Made by a program: the position numbers and the translations under genes. Shown here in pieces: positions 1 to 8,638 of a DNA stretch of 64,000 nt (position 1 is its first letter; each line of letters opens with the position of its first letter). Below the pieces are notes generated by a model that searched no databases, was not told the origin of the DNA, and saw only the letters and a list, made by a program, of their open reading frames with translations. Source of the stretch: Clostridiales bacterium (GTDB lineage Bacteria; Bacillota; Clostridia; Oscillospirales; CAG-272); the NCBI GenBank assembly GCA_012800735.1, contig JAAZIU010000011.1, positions 44,542 to 108,541 of the forward strand. Reading direction: 5' to 3'.

Positions 1-9
1 TGCAGTCAT
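1..9 (-). CDS. first 3 codons (ATG ACT GCA) of a leftward gene leaving the window; product unknown
   Basis: On the minus strand there is an ATG at 9..7. GAGGAA (20..15) precedes it with a 5-nt spacer. Only 3 codons are visible. Confidence 0.3.
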
Positions 10-231
10 TGCGTTTCCTCGTCAAATAATAATTGAGGTATTGTGTCATATGGCGAAAAGCCGGATTCACACAATTACCTATTATAAATTATAACTCAAA
101 ACCCCGAATTTGTCAACGGTATATTTTGAATATACTATGACTAATGAAACAAAGAAATATAATAATGGTGATCTAAAGACATTTATTTTCTTTGACAGCT
201 GCCTCTTGACAAGTCAAGGCTTTGATGATAT

Positions 232-251
232 ATTATTATTATTATTATTAT
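232..251. repeat. ATT trinucleotide microsatellite, (ATT)6 plus AT, with one more TAT unit just before it
   Basis: Read directly: tat att att att att att att at. It lies in the intergenic region upstream of the 376 gene. Confidence 0.9.
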
Positions 252-375
252 CGGTTGATTTCTAAAAACGGCATTATTTATGAGACGGCGAAATTAACGC
301 TAATTATATCCATATAGGTTTTATTTCTCGACTAAACAGCAAAGTTTTATAACGATTAATATAAAGGAGCTAAAA

Positions 376-1482
376 ATGTCAAAATACGATATCGCCGCAT
401 ATGTCTGGCCTTCTTATACCGGTGACGAACCGAGAGCACGGATTTTTTGGGAGGAGGGATACGGAGAATGGCAGACTGTCAAATCAGCCGTCGCAAAATA
501 CGAAGGACACCGATGGCCGCGAAAGCCGCTCTGGGGCTATCTAAACGAAGCGGATCCGTATGTAATGGAGATGCAGATATCAGCCGCAGCTGACCACGGA
601 ATAAACACTTTTATTTATGACTGGTATTGGTATGACGGCAGACCCTTCCTTGAACATTGTCTTAATAACGGATTTTTAAAAGCAAAAAACAACAGCCGTA
701 TGAAGTTCTATCTAATGTGGGCGAACCACGACGCTACCTCGTTGTGGCACAAGCCGACCGCCTCATGGGACGCGCCGGTGATCTGGGAGGGAAAAGTCAG
801 CAATGCTGATTTCGATATAATATGCGATCGGATAATAAATAACTATTTCGTTCGCGACAATTATTATAAAATCAACGGCGAGCCGGTGCTTATGATTTAT
901 GATCTGCAAAATCTGATTAACAGCTTCGGGGATATTGACAATACCGCAAAAGCAATAGATCTTTTCCGCAAAAAAACGGTAAAAGCAGGACTGGACGGTC
1001 TTCATCTTCAACTCGCCAAATACAGTACATCTCACAATATTTTAAAGACAACCGCCGGAGAAGTTCTGCTTGACCGGGAAACATTCTCAAAGTTAGGATT
1101 TGCCAGCCTTACCAATTACCAATACTGTCACTTTCTTAATATGGACAGAGAGTATAGGGATATCGTCGCGGATGCGGTATCCGCATGGGATAAGTTCGCC
1201 GGACTTTATGACGCGCCGTATTTCCCGCATGTCTCTCTCGGCTGGGATACCAATCCGCGTTTTAAAATATTTGTTCCGGGAGTTGTAAAAAACAACACTC
1301 CAGAAGCGGTAAAAGAAGCGCTGCTTCTGGCAAAAGAATACATGGATAAACACAGAGATTCGCTCCCCGTTCCGCTTATCACGATTAACAGCTGGAACGA
1401 ATGGACGGAGGCGAGTTACCTTCAGCCGGACGACGTTAACGGCTACGGATATCTTGAAGCGGTAAAATCAATCTTCAAATGA
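376..1482 (+). CDS. glycoside hydrolase family 99-like / WbsX-type domain protein, no signal peptide
   Basis: 368-aa ORF with AAGGAG 6 nt upstream. The motifs IYDWYWYDG and NSWNEWTE recall the WbsX/GH99-like family from memory; not searched. Confidence 0.55.
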   Translation: MSKYDIAAYVWPSYTGDEPRARIFWEEGYGEWQTVKSAVAKYEGHRWPRKPLWGYLNEADPYVMEMQISAAADHGINTFIYDWYWYDGRPFLEHCLNNGFLKAKNNSRMKFYLMWANHDATSLWHKPTASWDAPVIWEGKVSNADFDIICDRIINNYFVRDNYYKINGEPVLMIYDLQNLINSFGDIDNTAKAIDLFRKKTVKAGLDGLHLQLAKYSTSHNILKTTAGEVLLDRETFSKLGFASLTNYQYCHFLNMDREYRDIVADAVSAWDKFAGLYDAPYFPHVSLGWDTNPRFKIFVPGVVKNNTPEAVKEALLLAKEYMDKHRDSLPVPLITINSWNEWTEASYLQPDDVNGYGYLEAVKSIFK

Positions 1483-1514
1483 AAAAACCGCGGGTAAAAA
1501 ATCCCGCGGTTTTA
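1483..1514 (+). terminator. rho-independent terminator
   Basis: Stem accgcggg(1487-1494)/cccgcggt(1503-1510) is followed by a T run, directly after the stop codon. Confidence 0.8.
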
Positions 1515-1571
1515 ATAAAAATCAACAGTTAAACATCGCTAACTTTGGTTATAATTACATAACTTTTATTC

Positions 1572-1600
1572 TTGACAATTTGCAGGTTACATGGTATAAT
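1572..1600 (+). promoter_or_regulatory. sigma-70 type promoter of the first feo operon
   Basis: TTGACA (1572-1577), a 17-nt spacer, then TATAAT (1595-1600) with an extended -10 TGg. Confidence 0.75.
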
Positions 1601-1684
1601 AACAATATCTGGTTAGTTGCGGCTAACCTTTGTGTCACACATAAAGTTAGCGAACTCTAATTGTAATTTACGGATGGAGTGAGA

Positions 1685-1897
1685 ATGATGCCGTTAATAT
1701 TCGGTGAACCCGGTAAAACCTATTTTATTAAAAAAGTTTCGGGAAATGACAGTTTACGCCGTCGTATTGAGGACATGGGTTTCTCTTGCGAAAGACCGGT
1801 AACGGTTGTTTCCAATAACTGCGCCGGTATGATAGTCAGGATAAAAGACACCCGGGTCGCGGTAAGCCGTGAACTTGCCGGGCGGATAATGATCTGA
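1685..1897 (+). CDS. feoA: FeoA family iron transport protein
   Basis: About 70 aa and SH3-like FeoA pattern (VSGNDSLRRRIEDMGF, RIKDTRVAVSRELA). GGAG lies 5 nt before the ATG at 1685; the ORF track starts at GTG 1679. Confidence 0.8.
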   Translation: MMPLIFGEPGKTYFIKKVSGNDSLRRRIEDMGFSCERPVTVVSNNCAGMIVRIKDTRVAVSRELAGRIMI

Positions 1898-1911
1898 AAA
1901 GGAGCAGCGAA

Positions 1912-2187
1912 ATGTCGGATACAAATTCTAAGTACAATTTTACCGGAATGACCCTGAGAGAAGTTCCGGTAGGTGAAACGGTTAAAGTAACAAAGGTTAC
2001 GGGAGACGGCTCTTTAAAGCGCCGGTTAATGGACATGGGAATCACCAAAGGAGCTACCATTTTTGTTCGCAAGGTAGCACCTCTCGGCGATCCCGTCGAA
2101 ATCACCGTTCGCGGATATGAGCTGACGGTGCGTCGCGAGGATGCTCAGATGGTTGAAGTCGAGCGAGGAGGAAGCAGCAATGAATGA
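1912..2187 (+). CDS. feoA: FeoA family iron transport protein, second copy
   Basis: 91 aa with VTGDGSLKRRLMDMGITKG and PLGDPVEITVRGYELTVRREDA. The stop overlaps the feoB start. Confidence 0.85.
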   Translation: MSDTNSKYNFTGMTLREVPVGETVKVTKVTGDGSLKRRLMDMGITKGATIFVRKVAPLGDPVEITVRGYELTVRREDAQMVEVERGGSSNE

Positions 2188-4339
2188 CAAGAAAATAACA
2201 ATCGCGCTTGCCGGAAATCCGAACAGCGGCAAAACAACACTTTTTAACGCGCTGACCGGATTGAACCAGTATGTAGGCAACTGGCCCGGCGTTACGGTGG
2301 AAAAGAAAGAGGGAACGCTTAAAGGCTATTCGGATGTAATTATTCAGGACCTTCCCGGAATATATTCATTGTCACCGTATAGCCCCGAAGAGGTAATATC
2401 AAGAGAATATCTCGTAAATAACCGTCCTGACGCGATCATTAATATTATCGACGGCACAAACCTTGAGCGTAACCTTTATCTTACAACTCAGCTTTTAGAA
2501 ATCGGCATACCGATGATCATCGCCGTCAATATGATGGATGTAGTCGAGAAGACCGGCGATAAAATAGATGTAATTTCACTGTCAAATAAGTTTGGCTGTG
2601 CAGTTGTAGAAATATCAGCTTTAAAAAAGAACGGAATCACCGAAGCCGCAGAAGCCGCTATTGCTGCGGCGAAGGGCGGTAAGGCTCCGTTGTATCACAA
2701 ATATTCAAATCTTGTTGAAGAAGCGCTCGCTGATATCGAGCAAACCGCTCTTACAAACATTCCGGAAAGAAACCGGCGTTGGTATAGCATTAAGATTTTC
2801 GAGCGCGACGAAAAGGTGTTGGAAGCAGTCAAAATGTCGCAGGCAGTTTCCGAAAACATCGAAAACAAAATTAATGAAATTGAAACCGAACGAGACGATG
2901 ACGCCGAGTCGATCATCACGGCTGAACGCTACGATTATATAAGCGGTCTTGTTAAAAAGTGCTTTGTTAAAAAGTCGAAAGAAGCGCTTTCAATTTCAGA
3001 CAAGATAGACCTGGTGGTTACCAACCGCTGGCTGGCGCTTCCGATATTCGCCGCTGTCATGACGCTTGTCTACATCGTATCCGTCACAACTCTCGGAACT
3101 ATTGTAACCGACTGGACAAACGACACTTTGTTCGGGGAATGGATACAACCCGCCGTCGGAACTTTGCTTGAAAACATCGGCGCCGCGGAATGGGTCATAT
3201 CACTCGTTGTCGACGGCATCATCGGCGGCATCGCCGCTCCGCTCGGTTTTGTGCCTCAGATGGCTATAGTCTTCCTTTTCCTCTCTTTTCTTGAAGATGT
3301 CGGATATATGGCGCGTGTCGCGTTTATAATGGACAGAATATTCCGACGCTTCGGACTCTCCGGCAAATCATTCATCCCCTTCATGATAAGCTCCGGCTGC
3401 GCAGTTCCAGGAATTATGGCGACCCGAACCATAGAAAACGAAAAGGATCGCCGTATGACGATAATTACGACGGGCTTTATCCCCTGCGGCGCGAAGCTTC
3501 CCGTTATCGCCGCAATATCCGGCTTCCTTATGGGAGGAGCCTGGTGGATGGCGCCGCTTATGTATTTTGCCGGTATCGCAGCTGTTATAATCTCCGGCAT
3601 AATTCTGAAAAAGACCAAAATGTTCGCAGGCGATCCGGCTCCTTTTGTAATGGAGCTTCCGCAGTACCATTTGCCGTCTGTTAAAGGCTTGCTGCTGCAT
3701 GTCTGGGAGCGCCTCTGGGCATTTATCAAAAAAGCAGGAACCGTTCTGTTCCTCTGCTGCGCCGTCATGTGGTTCCTGTCAAGCTTTGGCGTTGACAACG
3801 GACGTTTCGGTCTTGTCGACCCGGAACTTTCGATAATGGCGGTTATCGGTTCTGCTTTAGCGTTTATTTTCAAGCCTCTCGGCTTCGGTACCTGGCAGGC
3901 TGTCGCTTCGTCGATCTCCGGATTTGTGGCGAAAGAAGCCATAGTTTCGACTATGGGCGTGCTGGCGGGACTTGGCGAGATCGCAGAATACGACCCCTCG
4001 ATGCACGCGCAGTTCGCAGCATTTTTCCCGACCGGAATAGCCGCGGTTTCTTTCCTGCTCTTTAATATGTTTGACTCTCCTTGCCTTGCCGCAATATCAA
4101 CAATGGCGAAAGAGATAGGCAGCCGGAAATTCTTCTGGTTCGCAATACTCTTCCAGAACTTGTTTGCATACGCCGTATCTCTTATCGTATATCAGATAGG
4201 CGGACTGATAACAGGCGCGGTAGCTTTCAATCCGGGTACCGTCGCGGCATTTATTCTCGTCGCGCTGTTGCTCTTCCTGCTTTTCAGACCGGCAAAAAAG
4301 AAATCGGGAGATTATAAGTCGGCGCCGGCTGCTGCTTAA
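2180..4339 (+). CDS. feoB: ferrous iron transporter FeoB
   Basis: N-terminal G domain GNPNSGKTTLFN and DLPG, followed by a polytopic membrane domain. The start is trimmed to ATG 2180, which overlaps the feoA stop. Confidence 0.95.
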   Translation: MNDKKITIALAGNPNSGKTTLFNALTGLNQYVGNWPGVTVEKKEGTLKGYSDVIIQDLPGIYSLSPYSPEEVISREYLVNNRPDAIINIIDGTNLERNLYLTTQLLEIGIPMIIAVNMMDVVEKTGDKIDVISLSNKFGCAVVEISALKKNGITEAAEAAIAAAKGGKAPLYHKYSNLVEEALADIEQTALTNIPERNRRWYSIKIFERDEKVLEAVKMSQAVSENIENKINEIETERDDDAESIITAERYDYISGLVKKCFVKKSKEALSISDKIDLVVTNRWLALPIFAAVMTLVYIVSVTTLGTIVTDWTNDTLFGEWIQPAVGTLLENIGAAEWVISLVVDGIIGGIAAPLGFVPQMAIVFLFLSFLEDVGYMARVAFIMDRIFRRFGLSGKSFIPFMISSGCAVPGIMATRTIENEKDRRMTIITTGFIPCGAKLPVIAAISGFLMGGAWWMAPLMYFAGIAAVIISGIILKKTKMFAGDPAPFVMELPQYHLPSVKGLLLHVWERLWAFIKKAGTVLFLCCAVMWFLSSFGVDNGRFGLVDPELSIMAVIGSALAFIFKPLGFGTWQAVASSISGFVAKEAIVSTMGVLAGLGEIAEYDPSMHAQFAAFFPTGIAAVSFLLFNMFDSPCLAAISTMAKEIGSRKFFWFAILFQNLFAYAVSLIVYQIGGLITGAVAFNPGTVAAFILVALLLFLLFRPAKKKSGDYKSAPAAA

Positions 4340-4374
4340 ACGCTGATTAGCTACTGAAATCGAGGTCATAAAAA

Positions 4375-4572
4375 ATGATTGAATGGCTATCTTCAAATAT
4401 TCCAAATATTCTTATTGTAGCCGCGGTCATCTCCGCTTGCGCCGCCGTTATAGTTCATGAGATAAAAATGAAGCGTAAAGCAGAAAAGTCGGGCGGCAGC
4501 TATTGTCCCGGCTGTCCGGGCAACTGCTCCGGCTGTAATGTTCACCACAGAGTCGAAAGAGAAGAAAAATGA
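4375..4572 (+). CDS. FeoB-associated Cys-rich membrane protein
   Basis: 65 aa with one N-terminal TM helix and the cluster CPGCPGNCSGC. It sits immediately after feoB. Confidence 0.75.
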   Translation: MIEWLSSNIPNILIVAAVISACAAVIVHEIKMKRKAEKSGGSYCPGCPGNCSGCNVHHRVEREEK

Positions 4573-4658
4573 CCGCAGCAGCGGTAACGGTGATAATATT
4601 GGCAGTTATCGTTTCTGCGTTGATTAAAAGTTACATTCTCGGAAAATTTGACATATAA
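4569..4658 (+). CDS. candidate 29-aa single-TM micro-protein (MTAAAVTVIILAVIVSALIKSYILGKFDI), not in the ORF track
   Basis: Its ATG at 4569 overlaps the TGA at 4570-4572 of the upstream gene (ATGA coupling). The core is hydrophobic, and the ORF ends 2 nt before the operon terminator. Confidence 0.35.
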   Translation: MTAAAVTVIILAVIVSALIKSYILGKFDI

Positions 4659-4701
4659 ACACAGCGTCCGCAGCCCTTAAAAGCTGCGGACGCTGTGTTT
4701 A
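4659..4701. terminator. bidirectional rho-independent terminator between the feo operon and xpt
   Basis: 14-bp stem acagcgtccgcagc/gctgcggacgctgt with T residues after it and A residues before it. Confidence 0.85.
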
Positions 4702-5295
4702 TTATCGTTTTATAAAATATATCCCGCCGTTTTCATCGAGCCTGATTATCGCAAGAGAGCGAAGTTTGATACCAAGTTCAATTAATCGTTTTCCGCCCGG
4801 CTGAAAAGCCTTTTCGATGCAGATGCCGACCCCGGCGCATTCGGCTCCTGCTTGTTTTATAATTTCACAGAGACCGACGACAGCGTTTCCCGCCGCCAAA
4901 AAGTCGTCGAGTATAAGACAGCGATCGCCGGGAGAAAGATACTTTTTTGAAACTCTTATAATGTTTTCGTTTTGATGTGTATAGCTTTCAACTTTCGCGT
5001 GATAAACATCAGCGCCGAGATTCAGCGTCTGAGATTTCTTTGCGAAGACAACCGGAGGAAATTCGCCGTCATCTGTTTTAAAATATTGAGCAGCGATGCA
5101 AGCGATTCCGATGCCGGAGGCTTCGACCGTCAGAATCTTGTTTATCCGTTCATCGGCAAAAAGCCGTCCGAATTCCGCCCCGATCTCATTCAGCAAACCT
5201 ATATCCATCTTATGATTAAGAAATCCGTCGACTTTGATAATGCCGCCCGGCTCAACTGTGCCTTCCTCTAAAATTCTCTTTTCAAGAAAATTCAT
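4702..5295 (-). CDS. xpt: xanthine phosphoribosyltransferase
   Basis: MNFLEKRILEEG...IKVDGFLNHKMD and the PRPP loop LILDDFLAAGNA. GGAGGA RBS present. The start is trimmed to the internal Met at 5295. Confidence 0.9.
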   Translation of the reverse strand: MNFLEKRILEEGTVEPGGIIKVDGFLNHKMDIGLLNEIGAEFGRLFADERINKILTVEASGIGIACIAAQYFKTDDGEFPPVVFAKKSQTLNLGADVYHAKVESYTHQNENIIRVSKKYLSPGDRCLILDDFLAAGNAVVGLCEIIKQAGAECAGVGICIEKAFQPGGKRLIELGIKLRSLAIIRLDENGGIYFIKR

Positions 5296-5318
5296 ATAGT
5301 CTTTTTTCCTCCGGTGAA

Positions 5319-7073
5319 TTATAATCTTTCGCTGAAACCGCATATCGAAGCTACGGCGTTCGCCGTGCGGCTGATGTATTCTCTTACTTTACGGCTGAAT
5401 ATCTCAGGCGCGGTTTTTCCTTCGCTCAAAGCAAGGCTTTCCGCCGCTGCCGCAAGTTCTTTCATCCGCCCGAGCGCCGCCGCATATGGGAATTTTGCCG
5501 TCGCGTCTTCAAGTGAGGCTTCGTCCTGCCGCGCATAATCGGTTATATATCTCCCGAGCGCCCCGCATCGGAGAAGGGAATCAAGCCCGCTTTCGGTTAA
5601 AGTCACAAGCTCAAAGCTCATTGCGCGGCGGAATATTTGATAAACAGCGCATATTTCAAGCCAGATGACGGCATAGATAACAACAGTTATATCCTGATTG
5701 GTAAGGGAGAATATGATCATCGCAACCGCCGGCAGAAGCGCTGCGGCAATAAATGATATTATAGAGGCTTTGCTGTTTTTTTGCAAATAAGAATGTCTCT
5801 CGGTCAGCCCCGCGCTGTCAAAATCCTTGTCACAGCGGCTGAAAAAATCATTAAGCGTATCACGAGCGTAATCTCGCCGGTTTTTGAGAAGAGCTTTTAG
5901 CTCACCGTTTTCACTTTCGTCTATTAAACGGCAGATAGGCAAAAGCCGCTTCGGCGCCTTATCGGTATCGGTCACTTTTGCGCCGTCTTCGGTTATCGTT
6001 ATTGCGCCGGAAGATATAAGCTCCGCAATGGCGCAGCCGATAAGCCGCTTGCGGGAGGAGACAAATCCGAGACTTCGTTTGTCCCCCGAAATCTCGCCAT
6101 ATTCGGGGAATCGGCAGACAAGCTGCGCAGCTTTGAAGCTGTCGATACCACTACCAGCGGTTTTTGAATACATCGGCGGTTTCGCGGGCTTTTTAATATG
6201 TCTTCCGATCCTATAAGGTTTGATAACGGCGTTTTTGACAAGCCTTGAAAGTAAGGGAGAAAACAGAAGCAGTACTGACACCGCGATAAGAGGGGTCAGT
6301 AGAGGGAAAACGGCATTTTTGGCTTTACTGTCAGCAGAATAGACGTATTTTGCTTCCTCGGCTTTGATTTTCTCTGAAAAATCGCCGGGGACAACCTTAC
6401 CGCCGATAAAAAGGGAAGCGGGGGTTAATATTCTCGGTTTTATACTGTCTTTTATAGAGATATTCTCAGCGTTTATTGCTATCTCCGAGCCGCTGAATTT
6501 AACAGCTTTTGTGCCGGAAGGACCGTGCGGCCAGACGATTATCTCATCACTTTTTGCGCCCGAGGGAAGAAAGATATTTACAGAAACCGATTTAAAACCG
6601 CAGCATTCGTTTGCGATCGCCGATAAATTGATTTCCGCGCAATCGGAATGAATTTCCGCGATTTCATCAACCCGATATTCGATGATAACGGAACCGCTCT
6701 CGTCCTGCTTTGACATGCATACATCGACAAAGAGATAACCGCCGTCGGCAAAAACCGAAGCCGTACCTGGACTTTTTTCGGATTCATCAACATTTATCGG
6801 GCATTCCTGCGAATCAAGAAATACGGAAATGTTTTTCGGCTCATATTTTGATAAATCGTAAAATCTCCCGATACGAGTACATTCATCCCCGCCGAAGAGA
6901 TAGTTTCTGTTTTCTCGAATTCCGGCGCTGCCGTCGGATTCCACGACAACGGTTATTTCGGCGCTGATGCCTTCAATCTCAACATCGGCATATAACGGAA
7001 AGGCAGCCGAGACAAAAATGCCTATTAAAACTGATAATATTACAGTTGCGATAAAAATATTTTTATGAGACAT
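5319..7073 (-). CDS. DUF2207-like membrane protein: N-terminal exported domain, central TM, cytoplasmic segment, C-terminal TM pair
   Basis: The call rests on topology and length. The start is trimmed to MSHKNIFIATVIL..., a signal-like helix. Family recalled from memory. Confidence 0.45.
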   Translation of the reverse strand: MSHKNIFIATVILSVLIGIFVSAAFPLYADVEIEGISAEITVVVESDGSAGIRENRNYLFGGDECTRIGRFYDLSKYEPKNISVFLDSQECPINVDESEKSPGTASVFADGGYLFVDVCMSKQDESGSVIIEYRVDEIAEIHSDCAEINLSAIANECCGFKSVSVNIFLPSGAKSDEIIVWPHGPSGTKAVKFSGSEIAINAENISIKDSIKPRILTPASLFIGGKVVPGDFSEKIKAEEAKYVYSADSKAKNAVFPLLTPLIAVSVLLLFSPLLSRLVKNAVIKPYRIGRHIKKPAKPPMYSKTAGSGIDSFKAAQLVCRFPEYGEISGDKRSLGFVSSRKRLIGCAIAELISSGAITITEDGAKVTDTDKAPKRLLPICRLIDESENGELKALLKNRRDYARDTLNDFFSRCDKDFDSAGLTERHSYLQKNSKASIISFIAAALLPAVAMIIFSLTNQDITVVIYAVIWLEICAVYQIFRRAMSFELVTLTESGLDSLLRCGALGRYITDYARQDEASLEDATAKFPYAAALGRMKELAAAAESLALSEGKTAPEIFSRKVREYISRTANAVASICGFSERL

Positions 7074-7187
7074 TACAAAACGGTAATTCCTTTGTATTTT
7101 CGGAAAAAAGCCGTGAAAAGGGAATTGTTTTAAAATGAAGGGGTGAAACTTACTTGACAATTATACAAAATTATGCTATTATTTCTA

Positions 7188-8618
7188 TTATAAAAGCGTG
7201 GATTCTGCGCCTTCGTCGCTTCTCTTCAGCAGAATCCCTTTGGCAGAGAGCATCGAATAGATGCTTGATACGGGAACTATTCGTACCCCGTCGATTTCAG
7301 CCAACTTTTTCACATTTCTTGACGGCAATACTATCGTGCGAAAACCTAACTTTACAGCTTCGTTCACCCTTGGAGTTATATTCGAAACCGCGCGGCATTC
7401 GCCGGAAAGACCGATTTCGCCGATGCAGACAAGATCCTCCGGGACAATAAGATCCCGGTAAGAAGATATCAGAGCCAGAGCCATTCCGAGGTCTATTGCC
7501 GTTTCGTCTATCCTCAGCCCGCCTACGACGTTCATATAAACATCGGTAGTGCTGAATTTTAACCCGAGCCGTTTTTCGAGTACCGCTAATATAAGGCAGA
7601 GGCGGTTGTAGTCAACTCCGTTAGCCGTCCGGCGCGGGGAGGGAAAGGTGGTCGGCGCTGCCAAAGCCTGAATCTCCGCAAGCAGCGGACGGGTGCCTTC
7701 CATTATGCTGACCGCGCAGTTTCCCGAAGCGCCTTTAGGTCTGTCCGCCATAAGCATTTCAGAAGGGTTCGGTATCTCGCAAAGTCCCCTTTCCTCCATT
7801 TCGAAGACGCCTATTTCGGATACTGATCCGAAGCGGTTCTTCTGCGCTCTTATAATTCTATATGACGACTGACGGTCTCCCTCGAAGTAAAGCACACAGT
7901 CGACCATATGTTCAAGAACCTTTGGTCCCGCGATACCGCCCTCTTTATTTACATGTCCTACGATGATTACCGAAATATCGTTGGATTTTGCGGTTTCGAT
8001 AAGCAGCATAGCAGTTTCGCGCACCTGTGTTACAGAGCCCGGCGCCGATGATACGCTTTCTGAGTAAACAGCCTGAATCGAGTCGACGATAATGATATCA
8101 GGTTTTATCCGGTCTGCTTCCGAAATAATACCGTCGATATCGCATTCGGTAAGGACATACATATCGACATCGCTAAGCCCGAGACGCTGTGCCCGGAGTT
8201 TAAGCTGGCTTCGCGATTCCTCGCCGGATACATAAAGTATGCGTTTTCCGCCGTTGCCGAGGCTGCCGCAGATCTGAGTCAGCAGGGTTGATTTTCCGAT
8301 TCCCGGCTCTCCCGCAAGCAGAACAACGGAACCTGTCACCAGTCCTCCGCCGAGAACGCGGTCAAGCTCGCCCATCCCGGTGGAAGTTCTCATATATTCG
8401 GGAATGGTAAGCTCGCTGTATCGCAGCGCCTGTCTTTCGGCAGGCAAGGTTTTAGATGGTCTCCTCAAAACAGAGGGACCGGCTTTTGAAGCCGGTTCGA
8501 CTATTTCGCCTTCCTCATCGAAGCTGTTCCATGATCCGCAGGAGGGACACCTGCCCAGCCATTTTGACGACTGATGACCGCATTCCTCGCAGAGATATAT
8601 CTTTTTGCTTCCTTTCAT
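7188..8618 (-). CDS. radA: DNA repair protein RadA/Sms
   Basis: N-terminal zinc finger CEECGHQSSKWLGRCPSCGSWNSF, Walker A GEPGIGKST, KNRFG motif and a Lon-like C-terminal domain. Confidence 0.95.
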   Translation of the reverse strand: MKGSKKIYLCEECGHQSSKWLGRCPSCGSWNSFDEEGEIVEPASKAGPSVLRRPSKTLPAERQALRYSELTIPEYMRTSTGMGELDRVLGGGLVTGSVVLLAGEPGIGKSTLLTQICGSLGNGGKRILYVSGEESRSQLKLRAQRLGLSDVDMYVLTECDIDGIISEADRIKPDIIIVDSIQAVYSESVSSAPGSVTQVRETAMLLIETAKSNDISVIIVGHVNKEGGIAGPKVLEHMVDCVLYFEGDRQSSYRIIRAQKNRFGSVSEIGVFEMEERGLCEIPNPSEMLMADRPKGASGNCAVSIMEGTRPLLAEIQALAAPTTFPSPRRTANGVDYNRLCLILAVLEKRLGLKFSTTDVYMNVVGGLRIDETAIDLGMALALISSYRDLIVPEDLVCIGEIGLSGECRAVSNITPRVNEAVKLGFRTIVLPSRNVKKLAEIDGVRIVPVSSIYSMLSAKGILLKRSDEGAESTLL

Positions 8619-8638
8619 TGACTTTCCTCAGTTCCCCT

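Noticed and set aside
1611-1628. GGTTAGttgcggCTAACC considered as a canonical DtxR/IdeR box
   Set aside because: The half-sites match, but the spacer is 6 nt instead of 1. It cannot be called a standard box and is reported only as a candidate.
3256-3942. 228-aa and 110-aa minus-strand ORFs inside feoB
   Set aside because: They are antisense shadows of the FeoB membrane domain, and their composition is driven by the opposite-strand codons.
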